64,000 nt of DNA from a virus (lineage: Duplodnaviria; Caudoviricetes), in IMG/VR virus record IMGVR_UViG_3300035070_003584, positions 1 through 64,000 of that record. One strand, written 5' to 3'. Positions 57,578 to 64,000 of this stretch are shown in pieces (the stretch's first letter is position 1; every line of letters starts with the position of its first letter). Both the position numbers and the translations under genes were made by a program. Below the pieces are notes generated by a model. That model saw only the letters and a program-made list of their open reading frames with translations, was not told the DNA's origin and ran no database searches.

Positions 57578-57830
57578 ATATTTGATGTGTTCGTATGCAT
57601 ATTATAAAGAGGATGATCCTTTAATTTCTGACGCAGAGTTTGATGAATTGGGTAAATGGATGCTCGAGCATTGGGATGCAATTGATCATCCTCATAAGAA
57701 ATACATCACAAGACATGATCTAACTGCTGGTACATTTTTGGGTAAATATCCATCGATGATTCCTGGTGCGGTTAGATCATACCGTGAGATGAAGAAAAAA
57801 GAAGGAACTCTTGAAAACTTTTTTAAATAA
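57558..57830 (+). CDS. Stand-alone NAD-dependent DNA ligase N-terminal-like domain
   Basis: YAYY..DDPLISDAEFDEL. Confidence 0.65.
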   Translation: MKNPVAKYLMCSYAYYKEDDPLISDAEFDELGKWMLEHWDAIDHPHKKYITRHDLTAGTFLGKYPSMIPGAVRSYREMKKKEGTLENFFK

Positions 57831-57836
57831 AATGCA

Positions 57837-57900
57837 TTTTAGGGGTTTACAAATTAAACTAATTATGGTATAATAGTTACATAATCAAAAAGTGAAGAGG
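57837..57900 (+). promoter_or_regulatory. Early promoter/leader cassette (copy 4)
   Basis: TTTTAGGGGTTTACA-N17-TATAAT...ATAATCAAAAAGTGAAGAGG. Confidence 0.85.
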
Positions 57901-57908
57901 TTTATATT

Positions 57909-58865
57909 ATGGCACATATGGTAGAAACAATGGCTTATGCCGGTCAGGTTCCATGGCATGGATTAGGTGTTCCTGTCTCTAATGATTTGACACCAGTTCA
58001 GATGATGCAAAAAGCTGAACTAGATTGGAAAGTCCGTGAAGTGGAATCATTTATTGAGTTCGATGGTAAAAAAATGCCAACCGGACAAAAATCATTGGTA
58101 CGCGAAACCGATGGTAAAATTTTAACAAATGTTGGTGAGAATTGGAAATCTGTTCAGAACGAACAGGCCTTTGAATTCTTTCATGAGTATGTGATGGCAG
58201 GTGATATGGAAATGCACACTGCAGGTTCACTCAAGGGTGGTCAGATGGTCTGGGCTCTAGCCAAGATTAATTCTTCCATGGATTTCTTTAAGGGTGATCA
58301 GGTAGATTCATATCTGCTCTTTTCTAATCCTCACCAATATGGTAAGACGATTGACATTCGTTTTACACCAATCCGTGTTGTGTGTAATAATACACTGACA
58401 CTTTCACTAGACCAAAAGACAGAACAATCAGTTCGTGTTGGCCATAGAGTAGAGTTTGATGCATCAACTGTCAAACGTGCTCTTGGCATTGCTAGTGAGA
58501 AAATGGGTGTATATGGTGAAATGGCTAAATTCCTTGGTAACAAGAGATTTACTGAGGATTCATATATCGAATACCTTAATACGGTATTTCCCCGTACTTC
58601 CGATAAGCGTGTACAGGACAAGCAGTTATCAGCTGAAACCCTATCACGTAACGCCAAGTTGGCCTATGATGTCCTTGACACACAGCCAGGCGCGGAATAT
58701 GCTCGTGGTACGTGGTGGCAGGCATTTAACTCTGTCACATATATTACAGATCATGTTCAAGGTCGGAATGCCGATAATCGCCTTTATTCATCATGGTTCG
58801 GTGGTAATCAATTACGGAAACGTGATGCACTCCAAACCGCAATTGAATTTGCAGAGGCGGCGTAA
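57909..58865 (+). CDS. DUF932 family phage/plasmid-like protein
   Basis: MAH.VETMAYAG..PWHGLG, TAGSL.GG..VW, TPIRVVCNNTL, GT.W.A.N.VT. Confidence 0.85.
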   Translation: MAHMVETMAYAGQVPWHGLGVPVSNDLTPVQMMQKAELDWKVREVESFIEFDGKKMPTGQKSLVRETDGKILTNVGENWKSVQNEQAFEFFHEYVMAGDMEMHTAGSLKGGQMVWALAKINSSMDFFKGDQVDSYLLFSNPHQYGKTIDIRFTPIRVVCNNTLTLSLDQKTEQSVRVGHRVEFDASTVKRALGIASEKMGVYGEMAKFLGNKRFTEDSYIEYLNTVFPRTSDKRVQDKQLSAETLSRNAKLAYDVLDTQPGAEYARGTWWQAFNSVTYITDHVQGRNADNRLYSSWFGGNQLRKRDALQTAIEFAEAA

Positions 58866-58949
58866 TGGGAATAATCGTAACAGCCTACGGTCTTTTGATC
58901 GTAGGCAATTTTGTCATAAGTGGAATAACAGTCACCTTTGGAGGTTAAC

Positions 58950-59162
58950 ATGAGTATAGAACGTAGTATTGAACGTGATGTCAAGGTAATGACTAAAGGT
59001 TCATTTGGTGTTGATTGGGAAATTGCCATGTTAGAAGGCAATCAAAAATTAAGAAAAGCAGAACGAAAGCGCCTAGAGCGGCTTCGGGCAGTTAAAGTTC
59101 AGATGGTAGAAAATCCAGATGAATGTAAAAAATTGGTAAAACGATATAAGGAAATGTCATGA
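58950..59162 (+). CDS. Hypothetical protein
   Basis: GGAGG RBS. Confidence 0.6.
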   Translation: MSIERSIERDVKVMTKGSFGVDWEIAMLEGNQKLRKAERKRLERLRAVKVQMVENPDECKKLVKRYKEMS

Positions 59163-59320
59163 AGGCACATAGTATTGAACAGACAGCCGCTTGGGCTAAG
59201 AGTTGGAATATGAAAGGATATGAACACCTGTATCCAGAAAACCGTGAAAAGGCTCGTCAATTTGCTATTAAACTAGTTAATGATCAGAGACGAGATAAGG
59301 AAAATCAAAAATCGTCTTAG
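59159..59320 (+). CDS. Small hypothetical protein (53 aa)
   Basis: ATGA coupling to the previous ORF. Confidence 0.5.
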   Translation: MKAHSIEQTAAWAKSWNMKGYEHLYPENREKARQFAIKLVNDQRRDKENQKSS

Positions 59321-59323
59321 AAT

Positions 59324-59341
59324 ATTTAACAAAAGTTTAAT
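59324..59341 (+). promoter_or_regulatory. Putative Pho box upstream of pstS
   Basis: ATTTAAC-AAAA-GTTTAAT direct repeat with 11-nt period; degenerate. Confidence 0.35.
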
Positions 59342-59417
59342 ATAACAGGATCATTGGTTTGGTTAAATATTATTGAGGCGGTTGAGCGCCTCTTTAATTT
59401 TAACAAAGGGAAAATAA

Positions 59418-60320
59418 ATGAAAAAATTAATCTTTACACTAGCTCTTGTACTAGCGTCCTCAAATGCGCATGCAAGAGACACAATCACTTCGGTCGGTTC
59501 ATCGACTGTATATCCATTCACAACTATTGCTGCTGAAAAGTTTGCTCAGAGCACAGGTAGTAGAATTATTGTGGAATCAACCGGTACCGGTGGAGGAATG
59601 AAACTCTTCTGTAATGGTATTGGAATTGAACACCCAGATATGACTGGCGCATCACGTGCTATTAAAGATAAAGAAGCAAAAATGTGTGCCAAGAATAATG
59701 TAACATTTGACGAAGTAAAGATTGGTTTTGATGGTATCACCATTTCAAATTCAAATGAAGCACCAAAAGCAGCATTTACCAAACAACAACTCTTTAAAGC
59801 AGTATCAGACCCAAATATGAAGATGTGGTCTGATATTGATCCATCATTACCAAACAAAGAAATTTCTATTATGGTTCCTCCTCCAACCTCAGGAACAAGA
59901 GATGCATTTGTCGAACTTGTAATGCATGGTGCCTGTAAGGAAATGGGAATGTCAAAGAAGGAATATAAAGCAAAATGTTCTTCATTCCGTGAAGACGGTC
60001 AGGTAATTGTAATGGGTGAAAACGACAATTTGATTGTTGAAAAACTTGTTGCAGATCCTGACATGTTTGGTGTATTTGGATTCTCTTTCCTTGATCAGAA
60101 TCTAGATAAGGTACATGGTGCAACTGTAAATGGTGTAGCTCCTACATTTGAAACCATTGCAGATGGATCATATAAAGTCTCACGCCCACTTTATGTTTAC
60201 TTTAAGAAAGAACATATGGGTGTAATTCCTGGATTGGCAGAGTTTAAATCTTTCTATATTGATTTAGCAGCAGATCCAACCTCACAACTTGCTGAGGCTG
60301 GTCTGATTCCACTTAAATAA
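59418..60320 (+). CDS. pstS: Phosphate ABC transporter substrate-binding protein
   Basis: Signal peptide; GSSTVYP, ESTGTGGG.K.FC, ASR.IK, SGTRD.F, Y.VSRPLY.Y. Confidence 0.95.
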   Translation: MKKLIFTLALVLASSNAHARDTITSVGSSTVYPFTTIAAEKFAQSTGSRIIVESTGTGGGMKLFCNGIGIEHPDMTGASRAIKDKEAKMCAKNNVTFDEVKIGFDGITISNSNEAPKAAFTKQQLFKAVSDPNMKMWSDIDPSLPNKEISIMVPPPTSGTRDAFVELVMHGACKEMGMSKKEYKAKCSSFREDGQVIVMGENDNLIVEKLVADPDMFGVFGFSFLDQNLDKVHGATVNGVAPTFETIADGSYKVSRPLYVYFKKEHMGVIPGLAEFKSFYIDLAADPTSQLAEAGLIPLK

Positions 60321-60337
60321 TCCTACACTCCCAGTAG

Positions 60338-60364
60338 AAAAGACGGCTTCGGCCGTCTTTTTTT
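60338..60364 (+). terminator. Rho-independent terminator after pstS
   Basis: AAAAGACGGC-TTCG-GCCGTCTTTT followed by a T run. Confidence 0.92.
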
Positions 60365-60377
60365 GTTTACATTAATG

Positions 60378-60385
60378 TATAAATA
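60378..60385 (+). promoter_or_regulatory. T4-type late promoter
   Basis: TATAAATA upstream of 60426. Confidence 0.75.
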
Positions 60386-60425
60386 GTGTATAGTTAACTA
60401 TGATTAACATACCGAGGTACATAAG

Positions 60426-61265
60426 ATGAATAGACTTAAAACATTTATTAGGGAGATGGCAGCCGTGAAAACATCTAATTTAGATGCAGCCTTTCTGAAA
60501 AGAGCACAAAAGGTTACATCATTTAATTTAAGGGCTGCAGATTTTGAATCAACACAATATAAAGCAGAGATTCAACATCTATTTAGAACACATCTATTTC
60601 CGGACTTTGATTTAAGTCAGACCATGGTTGGACCACCAAATGTAGCTCAATTGAATAAACGAATTGATATACTAAAAAGACAAAATTTTGGTAACTATAA
60701 TAAACTACATTTCTATAATCTAAAAGGGGTAGGGCCGGGAGAGGCAACTCTTTACTTTCTTTTAGATGATGCACATCTAGGTGGTGGTGGATCTGCTGGT
60801 GTGGATTTGATTGTAGGTTCAAAACAGTATGAAGTAAAGGCATCACTCTATTCTGCTGCCGATAGTACTGTGTATGGATTTAAATTGGGTGGTACTGCTG
60901 CCCTAGGTAAAATGGTTAATGAATTGGTGAGATTAAAAAATGAATTAGGACTAAAATCTGCCGGTAAAGGACAGAATGAAGTCGGACCAAAAAACCTTGA
61001 GGCCATTCAAAAGGCTTATCCTAATGAATATAGAAAATTGGAAAATGATTATGCTAGAACTGCCGGACAATATTTTGGTAAAACTCCAGTAATCTTTATT
61101 AATAATAACGCTAGTGTAAAATTGGATCCGGATGATCCAGTTGAAAAAGTAAGATTGTTGAGTAATGCAGCTGGTAATGTCCTTGCAATTAAATCTGTAA
61201 ATACAAAAGATATTAAAATCCAAACAGTAACTCAAGGCACTATTAAACCAAGAGTAAAAATTTAA
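60426..61265 (+). CDS. Hypothetical late protein, possible PD-(D/E)xK nuclease fold
   Basis: G.GE...D......YEVK pattern; LKTFIRE N-terminus. Confidence 0.5.
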   Translation: MNRLKTFIREMAAVKTSNLDAAFLKRAQKVTSFNLRAADFESTQYKAEIQHLFRTHLFPDFDLSQTMVGPPNVAQLNKRIDILKRQNFGNYNKLHFYNLKGVGPGEATLYFLLDDAHLGGGGSAGVDLIVGSKQYEVKASLYSAADSTVYGFKLGGTAALGKMVNELVRLKNELGLKSAGKGQNEVGPKNLEAIQKAYPNEYRKLENDYARTAGQYFGKTPVIFINNNASVKLDPDDPVEKVRLLSNAAGNVLAIKSVNTKDIKIQTVTQGTIKPRVKI

Positions 61266-62071
61266 TGGCACAGTATTCAGTCAGTCGAGGTAGACACTAC
61301 AATCGAAACGCTAATCGCGATATTCATGAAGTGGTTATGCTTTCGGATAAAGATGGAAATATTCTCAATACATATGGTCCATCTGCTAATATTCCAATTG
61401 CAGATGGTTCGGTAGAAGGTTATTCAGTAAGAAACATTTTTGGTGGTACTGGTGCTAGCACTTATATTGTAACCACCGAATTTAGAACTCCATGGGAATT
61501 AGCAAGTAATTACGCATTTCCTGTTAGTGCATCTACAATGAGTTTGGTAAGTACGAGTACATCAGATACTGCTGTAACGGTTTTAATTTTAGGACTTGAT
61601 GCAAATTATAATCAAATAAGTGAAACTCATACACTCACTGGAACCACACCCATTATCACAACGAATAATTTTTTCAGAATCAATGATATGGTATGTACGG
61701 CTGGTAATGCAGTGGGTGATATTACGTTAAGTGTTGGTGCTAATGTTTATTCAAAAATCTTAGCAGGAAACGGAAGAGATCAAAAGGCGGTATATACTGT
61801 TCCTGCTGGCTATTGCTTTTTCTTGACTCGTATTGATGCTTTCTGTACTGATGCGAATGGTGGCAAGGCAGCGCGATTTAGAAACTATTTAAGATCACCA
61901 AACGGTAGAGAATTAAGAGTTGCTGATACAACGTTTTTTGAGAACATGAGTATTATGAGGCAAGCGCCGTTTAAGTATGATGAAAAAACAGATATTGAAA
62001 TGCAACTTCGTTCCTTATCTGGATCTACATTTGGGTCAATTTTTGCCGAAGGGATACTGGTGAAGCAATGA
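61265..62071 (+). CDS. Hypothetical virion protein
   Basis: Ser/Thr-rich beta protein; GLDANY, YTVPAG, EKTDIE. Confidence 0.55.
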   Translation: MAQYSVSRGRHYNRNANRDIHEVVMLSDKDGNILNTYGPSANIPIADGSVEGYSVRNIFGGTGASTYIVTTEFRTPWELASNYAFPVSASTMSLVSTSTSDTAVTVLILGLDANYNQISETHTLTGTTPIITTNNFFRINDMVCTAGNAVGDITLSVGANVYSKILAGNGRDQKAVYTVPAGYCFFLTRIDAFCTDANGGKAARFRNYLRSPNGRELRVADTTFFENMSIMRQAPFKYDEKTDIEMQLRSLSGSTFGSIFAEGILVKQ

Positions 62072-63294
62072 GTTTTAAGGATTTTATTACAGAACAAAAG
62101 AATACTCATATGACTCATATTGAGGATTTAGTTCTCTATGGTGGTGTCAAAGGGACAAGAGATGCTATTATGGCATTACGTTCAATGAGAGATATGTTAG
62201 GAGGAGTGCATGATGGAAATGTATCTGTTAAGTGGGACGGAGCTCCTGCTGTGTTTGCTGGCACTGATCCTAGTGATGGAAGATTCTTCGTGGCGAAAAA
62301 AGGGATCTTTAACAAATCTCCCAAAGTATACAAGAGTAATGCTGATATTGATGCTGATACTTCTGGTGACCTTAATGCAAAGCTTAAACTTGCTCTACAA
62401 TATTTACCTGAATTAGGAATTAAAGGAGTTATTCAAGGTGATTTTCTCTATGGCCCAGGCGATATCCAAAAATCTAAAATTAAAGGTAAAGACTATATTA
62501 CCTTTCACCCCAATACAATTGTATATGCAGTACCGGCTGGGACGGACATGGCCAAGCAAGTTACGTCAGCAAAAATTGGAATCGTATGGCATACGAGCTA
62601 CTCAGGATCCTCATTCGAAACAATGAAACAAAAATTTGGTGTTGATGTATCCAAATTAAAAAAATCAAAGAATGTTTGGTCACAAGATGCAATGTTAAGA
62701 GATATGACACAATTTAGTATGTCTAAAAAAGATACAGAAGAAGTAAATGTGTTATTGAGTGAAGCAGGAAAAATATTTAATAAGATTAGTGGCACAACTC
62801 TACGGCAACTTGAAAAAAATCAAAACCTTGCCAGAACAATAGAACAATTTAACAATACATATGTCAGAAAAGGTGAAGTTGTTATTAATACAACTCAACA
62901 TGTCAATAAACTCATCTCTTGGATCAAAGGCAGATATCGTGCCGAAATATCTAAGCGATCAACCGAAAAAGGTAAGGCTGCACAACAATCTAAATTAGAT
63001 GAGGTTCTTTCATTTTTCTCTGCAGAAAATAAAAAATCACTAAAATTTATGTTTGATTTACAGAAATACATTATTCTGGCAAAACTAAAACTTATAAATA
63101 TACTTAATAAGTTAAATGGTGTTCAAACGTTTTTAAAGACAAATAAAGGATATCGCACAACAGGCCAAGAAGGTTATGTTGCAATAGATAAACTTGGTGG
63201 TGATGCAGTGAAAATTATTGACCGGATGGAATTTTCATTCGCCAACTTTTCACCGACTATATTAAAGGGATGGGATAAACCAGGAAGGAATTAA
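62068..63294 (+). CDS. Conserved T4-like protein with ligase-type nucleotidyltransferase motifs (DUF6267-like)
   Basis: KNTH.THIED, VKWDGAP, QGDFL, EGYVA, K..DR.EFS..NF. Confidence 0.65.
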   Translation: MSFKDFITEQKNTHMTHIEDLVLYGGVKGTRDAIMALRSMRDMLGGVHDGNVSVKWDGAPAVFAGTDPSDGRFFVAKKGIFNKSPKVYKSNADIDADTSGDLNAKLKLALQYLPELGIKGVIQGDFLYGPGDIQKSKIKGKDYITFHPNTIVYAVPAGTDMAKQVTSAKIGIVWHTSYSGSSFETMKQKFGVDVSKLKKSKNVWSQDAMLRDMTQFSMSKKDTEEVNVLLSEAGKIFNKISGTTLRQLEKNQNLARTIEQFNNTYVRKGEVVINTTQHVNKLISWIKGRYRAEISKRSTEKGKAAQQSKLDEVLSFFSAENKKSLKFMFDLQKYIILAKLKLINILNKLNGVQTFLKTNKGYRTTGQEGYVAIDKLGGDAVKIIDRMEFSFANFSPTILKGWDKPGRN

Positions 63295-63296
63295 CG

Positions 63297-63824
63297 ATGG
63301 CAAAATTGCTTCGTTTTAAAGATCTATTAGAGATGGACGGACAGTCTCCTCTAGAACAAAAACCATTATCATTTAATGATATGCATTCGACTGAGTATCG
63401 TCCTGGTGAGGACGAGCTTACGAATTATCGTGCGTATCGTAGAAGAAAATTTGGTGTTGGTACTGGCGAAGGTGGCCCAATCGGTGAGTCTGTCGAGACA
63501 GATGAGGCCCTTGATATCCGTCAAAGACTTGCTAAGTCAAGAATGTTTAGAAGATTTAAATCAAAAATTAAATTAGGCCGCGATCGCGCCAAACGCCGTA
63601 TGGCAAAACCTTCTGTTCTTAAAACAAGAGCAGATAAAGCCGCAAGAAAATTTATTCTTAAAAAAATTACAAAAGGTGTAGATAAGAGTGATCTTTCTTT
63701 TGCCCGTAGACAAGAAATTGAAAAACGTCTCGAGAAACCTGCCGTAAAAGCTAGAATTAAGATGTTAGCTAAAAGGTTATATAAAGATGTACGGAAAAAA
63801 GAAGTTGAGCGGAAAAAAGGTTAA
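63297..63824 (+). CDS. Basic hypothetical protein (possible internal head protein)
   Basis: FKDLLE N-terminus; Arg/Lys-rich C-terminal half. Confidence 0.55.
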   Translation: MAKLLRFKDLLEMDGQSPLEQKPLSFNDMHSTEYRPGEDELTNYRAYRRRKFGVGTGEGGPIGESVETDEALDIRQRLAKSRMFRRFKSKIKLGRDRAKRRMAKPSVLKTRADKAARKFILKKITKGVDKSDLSFARRQEIEKRLEKPAVKARIKMLAKRLYKDVRKKEVERKKG

Positions 63825-64000
63825 TGATTAATTCATTTAGTACATTTTTGGTTGAAGAAGAAAAAACTCTATACTTCGTGTGGGGGCGAATGAATCCGCC
63901 TACCGCTGGTCATGAGAAACTTTTAGATTTTTTGAAATCAAAAGCTGGTAGGAATCCATTTAGAATCTATCTGACACAATCCGAGGATAAAAATAAAAAT
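63824..64000 (+). CDS. Cytidyltransferase-like (HIGH) protein, runs off the window
   Basis: Manual translation MINSFSTFLVEEEKTLYFVWGRMNPPTAGHEKL. Confidence 0.75.
   Translation, partial: MINSFSTFLVEEEKTLYFVWGRMNPPTAGHEKLLDFLKSKAGRNPFRIYLTQSEDKNKN

Noticed and set aside
3929-63576. Many short alternate-frame and antisense ORFs in the ORF track
   Set aside because: They lie inside well-supported genes and lack RBS or recognisable motifs

Overview
64 kb segment of an AT-rich marine T4-like myovirus genome, almost all on the + strand. The host is probably an alphaproteobacterium, inferred from a permuted alpha-type tmRNA, an alpha-type PstS and a Hydrolase_2 gene. Gene order: modular beta-propeller tail/receptor-binding genes; neck, terminase, tail and head module (gp13-gp23, gp3); a higher-GC fibre cassette; recombination, replication and late-transcription genes (uvsY, uvsW, 55, 47, 46, 45, 44, 62, regA, 43, uvsX, 41, thyX) interleaved with a nucleotide-sugar/glycosyltransferase block; a two-piece tmRNA gene; an AT-rich tailoring-enzyme island (B12 radical SAM, 2 desaturases, 4 Fe/2OG hydroxylases, SDR, sulfotransferase); an early small-gene region with a structured ncRNA candidate; pstS; and late genes with capsid-targeting-like N-termini. 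The most striking observations are (1) the permuted tmRNA, whose 388-nt intervening segment is closed by a stem and carries two ORFs, and (2) a possible virion glycosylation/sulfation system (Asp-Ser-rich loops in structural proteins plus uronic-acid, PAPS-like and sulfotransferase enzymes). All product calls come from motif recognition by eye; no database searches were run.
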